Virus record (IMG/VR): IMGVR_UViG_3300037755_000799
DNA: 64,000 nucleotides
Reading direction: 5' to 3' (one strand)
Source: an uncultured virus (IMG/VR IMGVR_UViG_3300037755_000799)
Taxonomy: Duplodnaviria; Heunggongvirae; Uroviricota; Caudoviricetes
The first letter of the stretch is position 1; every line of letters starts with the position of its first letter. Positions 9,358-18,997 of the stretch are shown here, in pieces. The notes under the pieces are model-generated. The model saw only the letters and a list, made by a program, of their open reading frames with translations, ran no database searches and had not been told where the DNA came from. The position numbers were made by a program, and so were the translations under genes.

Positions 9358-9663
9358 GTGACCACAACACCCCAAACCCACGACACCCAGCAGGACGAGA
9401 CGCTCGTCGCCTTGGAGGCCGAAGGCTGCACCACGTGGCGGCTCACCGAGCGCAGCTACCCGCGCGTCAACTCCGAGCTCGACCGGCTCGGCGTGTTCAC
9501 GAAGCAGTACACCGAGTGTGACGAGATCGACGGCCACATCGTCACCGTCGGCATGCGCATCGGCGTGAAGCCCGGCCATGTCGTTGCCTGCTTCGGCGAC
9601 ACGGTCGTCCGGCATCCCGACGGCCGCTGGTCGGTCCACCCCACACCCGTCGCCGCTGTCTGA
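9358..9663 (+). CDS. Hypothetical protein
   Basis: GAGGAG RBS before GTG. Confidence 0.7.
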   Translation: MTTTPQTHDTQQDETLVALEAEGCTTWRLTERSYPRVNSELDRLGVFTKQYTECDEIDGHIVTVGMRIGVKPGHVVACFGDTVVRHPDGRWSVHPTPVAAV

Positions 9664-9700
9664 CCGTCCGACCCCGCACACCCACCGAAGGAGCAGCACT

Positions 9701-11251
9701 GTGAGCCCGCCCCCGTACTACGCCGCCGACGGAGTAACCCTCCACCTCGGCAACAGCCTCGACGTCCTACCCACCCTGCCCGACGCGTCCGCCGACGCCG
9801 TGATCACCGACCCGCCCTACGAAATCTCGATGATGAACCGCTCCTGGGACTCAACAGGCATCGCCTACAACGTCGACCTGTGGCGCGAGTGCTGGCGGAT
9901 CCTCAAGCCCGGCGGGCACCTGCTCGCGTTCGGCGGGACCCGCACCTACCACCGCATGACGGTCGCGATCGAGGATGCCGGGTTCGAGATCCGCGACTCC
10001 CTGCACTGGATCTACGGCTCGGGCTTCCCCAAGGGCCAGGACATCGCGAAGTCCATCGACAAGCGGCGCGACGACCGCGAGCAGGTGCTGCAGGTGACGG
10101 TCTGGCTCGCTGAAGCAGTTCGGTCCGCTGGCTGGACCACGCGCCGTATGAACGACCTGTTCGGCTTCGAGAGCATGGCGGCCCACTGGGTAACACAAGG
10201 TGTTGCCGCTGCAGTTCCTACGCCCGAGCAGTGGGACCAACTACGTGAGGCGCTCGGTTTCGACGACGCCGCCATTCGGCCGCTGGTCGCCCAGCTCAAC
10301 GGCCGTAAGGGCACGCTCGGGGAAGCGTGGGCGCAGCGCGAGGTCATCGGCCAGCGCACCACCGGCCTGGGCACCGGGCATGGAACTGTTCCGGTTATCC
10401 AGGGCAGCGAGAACCGCGACCTGACGGCCCCGGCGTCCGCGGAGGCGCAGCGGTGGCAGGGCTGGAACACGTCGCTGAAGCCCGCCCACGAGCCGATCGT
10501 GATGGCCCGCAAGTCGACCGGCTTCAACACGACCGCCGCGAACGTACTGGAGCACGGCACGGGCGCGCTCAACATCGCGGCAACGCGGACCGCAACGCAG
10601 GACAAGGCTTCCAGGGTTCGGCGAACCGCCCTAGGGATCATGAATGACGACGGGTGGCAGCCGTCAGTAACGTCGTACGAGACTCACGAAGCAGGCCGTT
10701 GGCCGACGAACGTGATCCTCACGCATCCGCCGCTCCTCGACGCCCACTGCCAACCCGTCGGGGACGCCTGCACCAACGGCTGCGTGCCCGGATGCCCCAT
10801 TGCCGAGATGGACCGGCAGAGCGGCGTGCGCACGAGCGGCAAGATGCAGGCCGGTGTTGAGCGCAGCAACCGTGACGGCTGGGCCGGGCCCATGCCCGCG
10901 ACCACGGGCGCCGAGACCTACGGCGACAGCGGCGGCGCGTCCCGGTTCTTCCCCGTCTTCCGCTACGAAGCGAAGGCCCCCGCGTCGGAACGCCCGCGAC
11001 TGTCGGACGGAACCGCGCACACCACGGTCAAGCCGCTCGCCCTCATGCAGTGGCTGGTCCGTCTCGTCACCCCGCCCGGAGGGACCGTCCTGGACCCCTT
11101 CGCGGGGTCTGGCACCACGTTGGAGGCCTGCGTCATCGAAGGGTTCCCCGTCATCGGTATCGAGCGCGAGGAGGCCCACGCCGAACTGTGCCGCGCCCGA
11201 CTGACGAAACCGATAGCTCCCGCGCTATTCGGCGACGACATCCCCGCCTGA
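9701..11251 (+). CDS. DNA N6-adenine/N4-cytosine methyltransferase (beta order)
   Basis: TDPPY near the N-terminus; HTTVKP and LDPFAGSGTT near the C-terminus. Confidence 0.92.
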   Translation: MSPPPYYAADGVTLHLGNSLDVLPTLPDASADAVITDPPYEISMMNRSWDSTGIAYNVDLWRECWRILKPGGHLLAFGGTRTYHRMTVAIEDAGFEIRDSLHWIYGSGFPKGQDIAKSIDKRRDDREQVLQVTVWLAEAVRSAGWTTRRMNDLFGFESMAAHWVTQGVAAAVPTPEQWDQLREALGFDDAAIRPLVAQLNGRKGTLGEAWAQREVIGQRTTGLGTGHGTVPVIQGSENRDLTAPASAEAQRWQGWNTSLKPAHEPIVMARKSTGFNTTAANVLEHGTGALNIAATRTATQDKASRVRRTALGIMNDDGWQPSVTSYETHEAGRWPTNVILTHPPLLDAHCQPVGDACTNGCVPGCPIAEMDRQSGVRTSGKMQAGVERSNRDGWAGPMPATTGAETYGDSGGASRFFPVFRYEAKAPASERPRLSDGTAHTTVKPLALMQWLVRLVTPPGGTVLDPFAGSGTTLEACVIEGFPVIGIEREEAHAELCRARLTKPIAPALFGDDIPA

Positions 11252-11291
11252 GTCCGGTTCCGTCCGGCCCGCACACACCCCTGGAGCAGCA

Positions 11292-11777
11292 ATGACCACC
11301 AACCCGAGCGTGACCACAGACCGCGTCCTCCAAGAGATCCTCGCCGAACGCATCGCCCAAGACACCAAGTGGGGCGAGCAGAACCACCCCGACGGCACAG
11401 GCGGCCCCGTCATGCGGCAGAAGGCCGACGAGGCCCGCGCGCAGTGCCAGTACCTCGCCGCGAACGGCGGCCCGGACTGGCGCGCCGTGCTCCTGGAGGA
11501 GGCCTACGAAGCACTCGCTGAGGACGACCCGGCAAAGCTGCGCGCCGAGCTCGTTCAGGTCGCAGCCGTCGCCGTCAACTGGATCGAGGCCATCGACCGC
11601 CGCGCCCCTGTCGAGGAGCAGCCCGCCGCCGACGCGTCCGAGGCGTGCGGCAAGTGCCGCCGACCGTTCGACCCGGCCGACAACGCCCGCTACCACCTGA
11701 CGCCGTACTGCCGCGGCTGCGTCAACCGCTGCACGGACAGCGAGATCGCCGACCACCGATGCGTCATCTGCGCCTGA
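11292..11777 (+). CDS. MazG-like nucleotide pyrophosphohydrolase with Cys-rich tail
   Basis: ERIAQDTKWGEQNH, LLEEAYEA, ELVQVAAVAVNWIE; CxxC pairs. Confidence 0.7.
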   Translation: MTTNPSVTTDRVLQEILAERIAQDTKWGEQNHPDGTGGPVMRQKADEARAQCQYLAANGGPDWRAVLLEEAYEALAEDDPAKLRAELVQVAAVAVNWIEAIDRRAPVEEQPAADASEACGKCRRPFDPADNARYHLTPYCRGCVNRCTDSEIADHRCVICA

Positions 11778-11789
11778 CCACGCATGAGA

Positions 11790-11824
11790 CCGGCAGCCCC
11801 GCGTTCGACCCGCGGGGCTGCCGG
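11790..11824 (+). terminator. Stem-loop
   Basis: 14-bp perfect stem CCGGCAGCCCCGCG/CGCGGGGCTGCCGG. Confidence 0.65.
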
Positions 11825-11861
11825 CCCGCCCATCCTCCCGCACCGATCAAGGAGCCACACC

Positions 11862-12506
11862 GTGACCGAGACACCCGACCAGCCCGCACTCCCTCCGCTC
11901 CTCGCCGCAGCCCGCGCGCTGGAACTCGACCGTGACGCCGCGTCCAGCGGGGAGAGCGATGACTACCGGCGCGGCATGACGCGCGCCGTGAAGCTGCTGC
12001 GTCTCCTGAACGAGGACGAGCCTGCCGCTGCCTCGTCTGCCGTGCCTGCGCCTGCCACAGACCGGGCCGCAGGCGTGGCCGAGGCAATCCGCACCTTCCC
12101 GTTCGACAACTTCGGCATGGACGACGTGTCGTTCGCCCTCGAAGACGACCCCGAGGCGCAGGAGTGGGTGCCCGCGCTCGCCGACGCGGTGCTCGCCACT
12201 CTGCCCGCGACCACCGCACGGGCCGTCGAGCTACGGGACTACTGGCACGCCGAGGCGATGAGCGCGACCACTCGCATCATCGAGTTGGAGGGCCAGTTGG
12301 AGGAGCTGCGTCGCATGGCCGACGAGACGCCACAGCAGCCCGAGGCCGAGGAGCCGACCGAGGAGCAGATCGTCCGCGAGCACGTCACCACCGTGCACCT
12401 CATCGGCGAGCAGCTCGCGGCCGTCGAGTCGTGGATGTGGGAACGGCTGGCCGAGATCCGCGCCGTCGCGCCCGCTGTTGTGGCGCAGCCCGACGAGGAG
12501 GCCTGA
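11862..12506 (+). CDS. Hypothetical (mosaic) protein
   Basis: AAGGAG RBS before GTG. Confidence 0.7.
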   Translation: MTETPDQPALPPLLAAARALELDRDAASSGESDDYRRGMTRAVKLLRLLNEDEPAAASSAVPAPATDRAAGVAEAIRTFPFDNFGMDDVSFALEDDPEAQEWVPALADAVLATLPATTARAVELRDYWHAEAMSATTRIIELEGQLEELRRMADETPQQPEAEEPTEEQIVREHVTTVHLIGEQLAAVESWMWERLAEIRAVAPAVVAQPDEEA

Positions 12507-12508
12507 CC

Positions 12509-12685
12509 GTGGCCATCGACCCGAACACCGGTGGCTCCACCGGCATCAGCCTCGCAGGCAGCTGGGAGTGCGGCGGCTGCGGCGCGACCGGCGACGGCTG
12601 GTACGACGAAGACGACGGACTCGTCCTGCACGACGAGAACGGGCAGCCCTTCGCCCCTGACGATCACGTCTGCGGGGAGGCCTGA
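12509..12685 (+). CDS. Small Cys-containing hypothetical protein
   Basis: GAGGAGG RBS; WECGGCG...HVC. Confidence 0.7.
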   Translation: MAIDPNTGGSTGISLAGSWECGGCGATGDGWYDEDDGLVLHDENGQPFAPDDHVCGEA

Positions 12686-12687
12686 CT

Positions 12688-13032
12688 ATGGCCCTCCCGT
12701 GGAAGACGCCGTGCGCGAACCGCCGCTACACCGCCCACTTCGGCATCCTCGTCGACCCGTGGCTACTCGACGAATGCGTCGAGTGCGAGTTCTGCGGCAG
12801 TTGCGTCACGCACATCTGCTACCGCGACGACGCGTCAACGCTCCTGCACCTCGACCACTTCAAAGACTTCGCCAATCCCGGCGAACCCGAGTGCGGGTCA
12901 GTCGGCGGCCCGAAGCATCTGCCCGAGTACGAGCCGCGCCCCTGCAACCTCCCGGCCGGGCACGGCGGGAAGTGGCATCGGGCACGGATGGGCTGGCACT
13001 GGCCCGCCGCCCGAGCCGAGGAGCCGTCGTGA
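12688..13032 (+). CDS. Cys-rich hypothetical protein
   Basis: GGAGG RBS; CEFCG, CNLPAGHGGKWH. Confidence 0.7.
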   Translation: MALPWKTPCANRRYTAHFGILVDPWLLDECVECEFCGSCVTHICYRDDASTLLHLDHFKDFANPGEPECGSVGGPKHLPEYEPRPCNLPAGHGGKWHRARMGWHWPAARAEEPS

Positions 13033-13286
13033 TCGTCGACGTGTACGAGGCCGTCGACCGCATGCTGTGGGCGCTCCTCGCCTGGATTGCCGTCTTCGCG
13101 GTCGTGGGCACGCTGCTGCTCCTCGGCATGGCGGCGGGCATCGCGTGGGCGTGGCGTGCCGCACGGAGACGCCCCAGGCGTCCGCTGTGGGCCCGAGGGC
13201 GGCTCCGGGCACGGATCCTTGCCCGCACCCGCGCCAGAGGCTCACAGGAGCTCTCAGAGACTCCGGACTTCGAGGAGGCCGCGTGA
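13029..13286 (+). CDS. Small membrane protein
   Basis: GTGA overlap; hydrophobic helix followed by a basic tail. Confidence 0.7.
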   Translation: MIVDVYEAVDRMLWALLAWIAVFAVVGTLLLLGMAAGIAWAWRAARRRPRRPLWARGRLRARILARTRARGSQELSETPDFEEAA

Positions 13287-13408
13287 ACCCCGGCTACGCC
13301 CTCGGTATCGGCATCGTCCTCGCCCCGTTCATCTCCGCCATCCTCCTCGCCCTCCGCTGGGCAGGCCGCACCCTCTACCGGACCGCACGCACCCGGAGCA
13401 GCCGATGA
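13283..13408 (+). CDS. Small membrane protein
   Basis: GTGA overlap; ALGIGIVLAPFISAILLAL. Confidence 0.65.
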   Translation: MNPGYALGIGIVLAPFISAILLALRWAGRTLYRTARTRSSR

Positions 13409-13575
13409 CCGTGCCGAAGCGGAACTTCGACGCCGAGGAACCGGCAGCCCGCGCCCACCGCCGCCGTGTTGAGTTCCACTGCGTCTCCGGCCGCGTCATC
13501 GACTGCTGCGAGACCGGCGAAACCGACTGCCCTTGCATCTGCCACAACGACACGGACGGCGACGAGCAGCCGTGA
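13405..13575 (+). CDS. Small Cys-rich protein
   Basis: ATGA overlap; CC...CPCICH. Confidence 0.6.
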   Translation: MTVPKRNFDAEEPAARAHRRRVEFHCVSGRVIDCCETGETDCPCICHNDTDGDEQP

Positions 13576-13730
13576 GCAACCTGTTCGCCCTCGACTGGGC
13601 CGACTGCGAACCCGACTGGGACGACGACGAAGACACGCCCCTCCTCCCGCCAGACCTCCGCGGCCAACACATCACCGCCGCACAGTTCTTCACCCTCACC
13701 GACATCCAACCCGCCGGGAGCTACCTGTGA
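13572..13730 (+). CDS. Small hypothetical protein
   Basis: GTGA overlaps at both ends. Confidence 0.6.
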   Translation: MSNLFALDWADCEPDWDDDEDTPLLPPDLRGQHITAAQFFTLTDIQPAGSYL

Positions 13731-13957
13731 CCACGCCCGCCGACGAATTGCACACCGCCGCCGCCGAGATGCGCCGCTGGCCCGGACCCGCCGCCGAACC
13801 CCTCGCCCAACTCCTCGACGCCCTCACCGACCTGGCCCGCGAATACCCGCAACTCGCCCACGACCACAACCGCCCGGCCTGCGACGACTACGCATGCGAC
13901 GTCATGGGCCGCGCCATCACCCTCGCCCGCGCCATCAACGCCGGCGGCCAGCCGTGA
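13727..13957 (+). CDS. Hypothetical protein
   Basis: GTGA overlap; TTPADELHTAAA...AITLARAIN. Confidence 0.7.
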   Translation: MTTPADELHTAAAEMRRWPGPAAEPLAQLLDALTDLAREYPQLAHDHNRPACDDYACDVMGRAITLARAINAGGQP

Positions 13958-14063
13958 CACGGCTCCTCCCCCCACGATGGCGGCCCTGGCGCTGCCACTG
14001 CGGAGCACGACACCCCGCACTCGACACCCTCTGCCCGTACACCGGCATCCCCCGGGAGACCCG

Positions 14064-14306
14064 ATGACCGACCAGCCCGAACCAACCGCCCGCCAGCGCC
14101 TCATCCGCACCGGCCTCTCCCACGCCTTCGCCGACCTCGTTCTCAACCAGCACGCCCACCAGCTCGCCGAGCAGCAGCGTTCTGCCGCGCGTGTGGCGGC
14201 GGACGCCGAACACCCGAAGCTCGACCGGCGCGCCCCTGTCGGGATCCTCGTCGCTGAAGGCATCTACCAAGGCGCCGACCTCATCGACCCCGAGGCCAAG
14301 CCGTGA
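14064..14306 (+). CDS. Hypothetical protein
   Basis: GGAG RBS; HAHQLAEQQR...ADLIDP. Confidence 0.7.
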   Translation: MTDQPEPTARQRLIRTGLSHAFADLVLNQHAHQLAEQQRSAARVAADAEHPKLDRRAPVGILVAEGIYQGADLIDPEAKP

Positions 14307-14470
14307 CCGGCCGTCTGTGCGGCCTCCCGCACTACGACTATCCCGAATCCACCTGCACCCAGCCCGCCGGCCACTACCGCCGCGAACGCGACCCGCACGC
14401 TGCGCCGCTCATCATCGACGGCCGAGAGTGCGGAGCCGTCGCCTGGGACGAACCGGAGCAACCCGCATGA
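14303..14470 (+). CDS. Small Cys/His hypothetical protein
   Basis: Coupled at both ends; LCG..H...CTQPAGH. Confidence 0.6.
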   Translation: MTGRLCGLPHYDYPESTCTQPAGHYRRERDPHAAPLIIDGRECGAVAWDEPEQPA

Positions 14471-14637
14471 GCGGCCCGTCGTCCGCGCCGAGGCCGGAGC
14501 ACACACCCCGGCCCGGCGCCCTCTGGAACACCGAACTCGTCCGCGTCGAGCAGCTCGTCGACGACGACACCCCCGACCCGCAGCCGAACCGCGCCACCCG
14601 CCGCGCACTCAAACGCGCAGCACGGAGGAACCGATGA
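14467..14637 (+). CDS. Small hypothetical protein
   Basis: Coupled; PNRATRRALKR tail. Confidence 0.65.
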   Translation: MSGPSSAPRPEHTPRPGALWNTELVRVEQLVDDDTPDPQPNRATRRALKRAARRNR

Positions 14638-15599
14638 CCGACCAGCCCAACACCCATCCCAACGAGCCGTGCCGCCAGACCGCGGGAATGGCCCCGCACC
14701 CGCCCCACAAGTTCATGCGCAGCCGGACCGTCTACCAGTGCCCCGGCGACTCGACACCCGCCATACCCGCAGCCGACGCCGCCCAGCTTCAAGCACAGCT
14801 CGCCGAAGCGCGCCAGCACGCCGCCGCCATCGCCGCCCAACGCGACCGGCTCCGCCAGCGCATGAACACCCTCGCCGACCGCTGGGACCACGCCCTCCCC
14901 GTCGACAAGCCCTACGCCCGCACCCTCCGCGCCGAGATCAGCGTCGACCCGTTCGATCCCGACGGCGCCATGACTGTGCAGGAGTACACCGAGCGCGGCC
15001 GCCGGCTGTGGGTGTTCCGCTGCTGGGGCACCGAGGCGTGCGATGGCTGGCTCGGCCTGGGCCATCACACGCAGACGTCGGCACTGTTGGAGCGGGAGCG
15101 GCATGTGGCCGAGGCGCACGCCGCGCCTGGCCCGGCAGCGACCCAAGCGACCGACTCCACGGCCGCGCGAACCGCCCGCATCCGCAGCCTCACGCTGCCC
15201 GCATCAGGCCGCCAACTCGACCCACACCTCAGCCGCCGACTGCCCGGGATCCTCCATCTCGGCCACCGCCCCACCAGCCTCGACATGGCGCTCATCGCCG
15301 AAGCGGCAGATGTGTCAGTGGACTGGCTGCTGTACGGCGACGCGGCCACGCCCGAGCCCGACCCGGCCGGGCTCCGCGAGCAGCCCGCGCCCACCGTGGA
15401 CCGGCAGACCGCCGCAGTCCTCGCCGCTCTCCACCGCAGCGCCGAAGCCGACGTCACCCGCGTCATCGACCTGTACGAACGCTGGGTCAAAGCCGGGCCA
15501 CCGCTCGGCAAGTCCATGACCGGCTACTTCCAGTGGTGGCACGAGCACCTGGCCGAACTGCACGCCGCGATCCTCAACCCGACCAAGGAGCAGCCGTGA
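14634..15599 (+). CDS. Mosaic hypothetical protein with partial XRE-like HTH
   Basis: IAEAADVSVDWLLYG segment; coupled. Confidence 0.65.
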   Translation: MTDQPNTHPNEPCRQTAGMAPHPPHKFMRSRTVYQCPGDSTPAIPAADAAQLQAQLAEARQHAAAIAAQRDRLRQRMNTLADRWDHALPVDKPYARTLRAEISVDPFDPDGAMTVQEYTERGRRLWVFRCWGTEACDGWLGLGHHTQTSALLERERHVAEAHAAPGPAATQATDSTAARTARIRSLTLPASGRQLDPHLSRRLPGILHLGHRPTSLDMALIAEAADVSVDWLLYGDAATPEPDPAGLREQPAPTVDRQTAAVLAALHRSAEADVTRVIDLYERWVKAGPPLGKSMTGYFQWWHEHLAELHAAILNPTKEQP

Positions 15600-15862
15600 A
15601 GATCGTCCGCCGTTACGGCATCAGCCCCGCCGACCGCTGCACCGGACAGAGCAGTTGCCCGGCCGTCCTCGCCCTCGACAACGGCGACTACCTCATCATC
15701 GGCAAGGCGCCCGGCGTACCGAACATCTCGGCCCGCGAACTCGCCCAGCACGGCGCGGGCATCGGCCCCGGGGAGCAGGCCATCATCCTGCCGGCCGACG
15801 TACTGCACGCCGCCGCCCGCGCAATCGCCGAGGAGCAGCAGCGCCCGTCCGTGGCATCCTGA
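15596..15862 (+). CDS. Hypothetical protein
   Basis: AAGGAG RBS; C...CPAVLALDNGDYLIIG. Confidence 0.7.
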   Translation: MKIVRRYGISPADRCTGQSSCPAVLALDNGDYLIIGKAPGVPNISARELAQHGAGIGPGEQAIILPADVLHAAARAIAEEQQRPSVAS

Positions 15863-15966
15863 AGCCGTCTGCCGGGACAAGGCCGGGACCAGGTGACTGG
15901 ACCCTCCCGCCGAGCGGCGCCCCACACCGGGGGATCACGCCGCGCGGGTGAGAGGCCCCCGGAGAC

Positions 15967-16098
15967 CGGGCGCCTGCTCCCCCAGAGCAGGCGCCCGTTG
16001 TCGTACCCGCGTCGTACGCTGGGCGTTGCCCCGGTCGACCCCGCTGGCTCGGACCGGGCATGGCGAAGGCCCCGTCGTCCAGGTCGACGGGGCCTCGC
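15967..16098. terminator. Cluster of hairpins between convergent units
   Basis: 13-bp stem at 15967-15997 plus two further stems. Confidence 0.6.
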
Positions 16099-16110
16099 TA
16101 CACGCCGGGG

Positions 16111-16761
16111 CTACTCGGACGGCGCGTTGACGCCCTTACGCTCCCAGTAGCGGTTGCGCTGCCGCTCTCGGTGGCATGTTCGGCAGTGCCGCTTGTTCTT
16201 GCTGTCTACATACGTGTTGGCCTCGTCGAACACGTGACCTTGCGGGCACCGAGTCCAATCGCGGTCCGGGTTGCCCTTGCCGCGAAGCACGTCACAGGCA
16301 CGGCAGTACCGCGCTCCCGGGCGGGATGCAATGACCCGCGTATTCGCAGCGTCATACGGGTGGCCCTGCGGGCAGTGCGTCTTGGATGCGTTGTGGTCCG
16401 TCCCGTGCGCCCGCTTGTCGAGATTGTTCTCGCTACGGGTTCCGTACGCCAGGTTGGCCAGATGTGGGTTCATGCGGTTCCCGTCGAGGTGCCTCACCTC
16501 TTGGCCGATTGGGCGTGGACCGAGGAAGGCCGCCGCAACGAGGGCGTGGACGGGGCGCTTCTTGGGCTTGCCGTCGCGCCACAACTCCACCGCCGCATAT
16601 CCGTGTGTGTTCTTTCGCCAGTTCACGAAGATCGGGCTGCCGTCGTGATTGCGCCGCTTCATGCTTCGCACGCGCCCCTCAGGCGATACGAGGTAGTGAC
16701 CCTCGAATCCGGGTATGGCCACCCATTGCTCGTCGCCACAGGTCTGGTTCTGTACGCTCAA
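16111..16761 (-). CDS. NUMOD4-HNH homing endonuclease
   Basis: EQWVAIPGFEGHYLVSPEGRVRS; VHALVAAAFLG..RHLDGNRMNPHLANLAYGT.SEN; two CPQGH repeats. Confidence 0.92.
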   Translation of the reverse strand: MSVQNQTCGDEQWVAIPGFEGHYLVSPEGRVRSMKRRNHDGSPIFVNWRKNTHGYAAVELWRDGKPKKRPVHALVAAAFLGPRPIGQEVRHLDGNRMNPHLANLAYGTRSENNLDKRAHGTDHNASKTHCPQGHPYDAANTRVIASRPGARYCRACDVLRGKGNPDRDWTRCPQGHVFDEANTYVDSKNKRHCRTCHRERQRNRYWERKGVNAPSE

Positions 16762-16833
16762 CGGAGCGCCTCTCTCTTGCTTGGGTCGGGTGCTTCTCAG
16801 CCCGAGTGGCCTCTCACGCCGCTCGGGCTTCTC

Positions 16834-17130
16834 TCATTCGGCCTGCTGTTCAGGGTCCTTCTTCGGGCGCTTCGCCCACCGCGAGTACTCCGAAGCGATG
16901 TCCTGCAACGTGCTCGGCTTCACGCCCAACTCCTTCGCGATTCCTCGGAAGGTGGCTCCCTCCGGGGCGAGGAGTTCGAGTACGGCCTGACGCCTGATCT
17001 CGCGGAGTGCCTTGCTGTGGTCGGGCCACTCCTTGAGCACCCTCGCCACAGCGAGCGCGCGTACCTTCGGGTCCTCGATGTCGGCAAGACCTGCGAGAGC
17101 GTCGAACACGCGCTGCACCTCCTCTTCCAT
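16834..17130 (-). CDS. HTH transcriptional regulator (Kor-like position)
   Basis: TFRGIAKELGVKPSTLQDI; divergent from the transfer genes. Confidence 0.8.
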   Translation of the reverse strand: MEEEVQRVFDALAGLADIEDPKVRALAVARVLKEWPDHSKALREIRRQAVLELLAPEGATFRGIAKELGVKPSTLQDIASEYSRWAKRPKKDPEQQAE

Positions 17131-17165
17131 GCCCTGTCCCTTCCGTGGGCAGGCCGCGTTGCCAG

Positions 17166-17185
17166 TGTACGGGGTATCCCGTACA
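17166..17185. promoter_or_regulatory. Palindromic operator
   Basis: TGTACGGG-gtat-CCCGTACA overlapping a minus-strand TACACT -10. Confidence 0.7.
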
Positions 17186-17292
17186 GTCGGTACTGCGCAG
17201 CCCACGCTGCTCGCCAATGAAAACGGCCCGGCGGGAAATCTCACCTTCCCGCCGGGCCAGCCATCCACCTGCCGTGTACAGGAAGGACAGCC

Positions 17293-17463
17293 GTGCAAGA
17301 GCGTAACGGCCAACCATCTGGCCAGCCCACCCCCGCGCCTCTCGCGCCACGCCCGAACCAGATCCTCGCCACCCCCGCCACCGTCGAGCAATGCCAAGCC
17401 GACTACCAGGCCGCCGAGGACGTACGCCGCGTCATGGACCAACAGGCCACCCAACGCCGCTGA
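17293..17463 (+). CDS. Small hypothetical protein (transfer module)
   Basis: GGAAGGA RBS before GTG; 56 aa open frame. Confidence 0.6.
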   Translation: MQERNGQPSGQPTPAPLAPRPNQILATPATVEQCQADYQAAEDVRRVMDQQATQRR

Positions 17464-17533
17464 CCCCCACACACCGCCGCGCCCCGGCACATCCCCCAGC
17501 CGGGGTGCGGCCACACATCCGATGGAGCACCCC

Positions 17534-17707
17534 ATGTGCCGTGACACCCGCACCACCGAACAAATCCAAAACGCCATCACCGCCGAGGCCACCCTCGCCC
17601 GCCAGATCGAAGACGACCCCATGTCCACCCCGCAGCAGCGCGACCTCGCCGACAAGCTCCACGAGCAGATGAACGCCGAACTGGAAACGCTCGACTGCCG
17701 CCGCTGA
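17534..17707 (+). CDS. Small hypothetical protein (transfer module)
   Basis: GGAG RBS; helical 57 aa. Confidence 0.65.
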   Translation: MCRDTRTTEQIQNAITAEATLARQIEDDPMSTPQQRDLADKLHEQMNAELETLDCRR

Positions 17708-17797
17708 CCGGTAGCCCTCGGCGCGCGTCCCCACCCGGTACGCGCGCCCTGGAGATCCGGCCAGACCCATCCGCCCCGACCACACCCGGAGACCGCA

Positions 17798-18037
17798 ATG
17801 CGAAGCCACCTGCTCCGCAACCTCCTCATCGGCGCCCTCCTCGTCCTCGCCGCCATGCACCCCGAAACCGCCAACACCATCGCGCAACTCGCCGCCGGGA
17901 TGGTCCTCGCCATCGTCACCGGCATCGCCGAAGCCGCCGCCCACCAGCCCGAGGCCGCGCTCCTCACCGCCGGCGCCTGCTACATCGCCCACCAGATCCG
18001 CACCCACCGCCCCCGCACCGCCCGCGCCCGCCACTAA
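17798..18037 (+). CDS. Small membrane protein (Spd-like)
   Basis: Mostly hydrophobic; upstream of FtsK/TraB gene. Confidence 0.7.
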   Translation: MRSHLLRNLLIGALLVLAAMHPETANTIAQLAAGMVLAIVTGIAEAAAHQPEAALLTAGACYIAHQIRTHRPRTARARH

Positions 18038-18052
18038 CCTCGGAGCCTCGAA

Positions 18053-18934
18053 ATGAACCGCGACGACCTCTACGCCCGCGCCACCGCAGTCATCGACGCC
18101 AAGCACGACAAGAGCACCGCCCGCAAACGCGGCGCCCTCGACACCGCCATCCTCGGCACCGTCCCCGTCCTCGCCGTCGCCGTAGCCTTCGCCTCCGGCT
18201 GGTCCCTCTACGACCTCGGCCGGCACTTCCACATGCCCGGCTGGGCCGCGTGGGCCGTGTTCGCGCTCATCGACGTCGTGTGGTTCCAGTCCGCGATCGT
18301 CGTCATCAAAAACCAGCAGTCACCACACCGGGCGATCGAAGCCCACAAGCGGATGCAAGGTATGTTCGCCGTGTCGGTCGCCGCGAACTTCGCCCACGGC
18401 CTGATCCTCTTCGGGGCCACCGTGAACGGGTTCGTTGCGGGCGCGGTGTTCGCGCTGTTCCCGATCGGGTTCAAGGCGGCGTTCTCCAACGCCTTCCCCG
18501 ACTACGTCAAGCGCGCCCGCAACGCCGGGTACGGGGGCGAACTGGAGAAGGCGTTCCACACCGAGGCGCTGATGTTCATCATGGCGGGCGTGGACCAGGT
18601 GAAGGCCGAACTCGGCCAAGCGCCGGACCGGCCGCAGGTCACCGTGGACCGCACACCGGACCGCCCCGAGTCCACGCTGGTTAAGCCTCCTGACCAGGCG
18701 GTGAACCAGATCGAGGCCATCCCTGAACCGGCCCCGGTTCAGCCGGTCCAGGCCGCGGTGAACCGGCCGGATCAGCCGGTTCAGATCGACGACCAGGTCA
18801 ACGAACTCCTTCGTCGTCTCAAGCTCGGCGAGCACATCACCAAGCCGACGGCAGCCAAGATCCTCGGCATCCCCGAGTCCACCGCGTACCGGCGTCTCAC
18901 TGCCGCCCAGGCGCTCCTGAACCAGTACCGCTGA
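18053..18934 (+). CDS. SpdB/DUF2637-like membrane protein with C-terminal HTH
   Basis: About 4 TM helices, SVAANFAH, Pro-rich linker, AAKILGIPESTAYRRL. Confidence 0.75.
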   Translation: MNRDDLYARATAVIDAKHDKSTARKRGALDTAILGTVPVLAVAVAFASGWSLYDLGRHFHMPGWAAWAVFALIDVVWFQSAIVVIKNQQSPHRAIEAHKRMQGMFAVSVAANFAHGLILFGATVNGFVAGAVFALFPIGFKAAFSNAFPDYVKRARNAGYGGELEKAFHTEALMFIMAGVDQVKAELGQAPDRPQVTVDRTPDRPESTLVKPPDQAVNQIEAIPEPAPVQPVQAAVNRPDQPVQIDDQVNELLRRLKLGEHITKPTAAKILGIPESTAYRRLTAAQALLNQYR

Positions 18935-18997
18935 CCGTCCGGCCGCCCCGGCCCCCGCTACACGCGGGGGCTCGCCTGTCTCTGCGGAGCCCCCACC

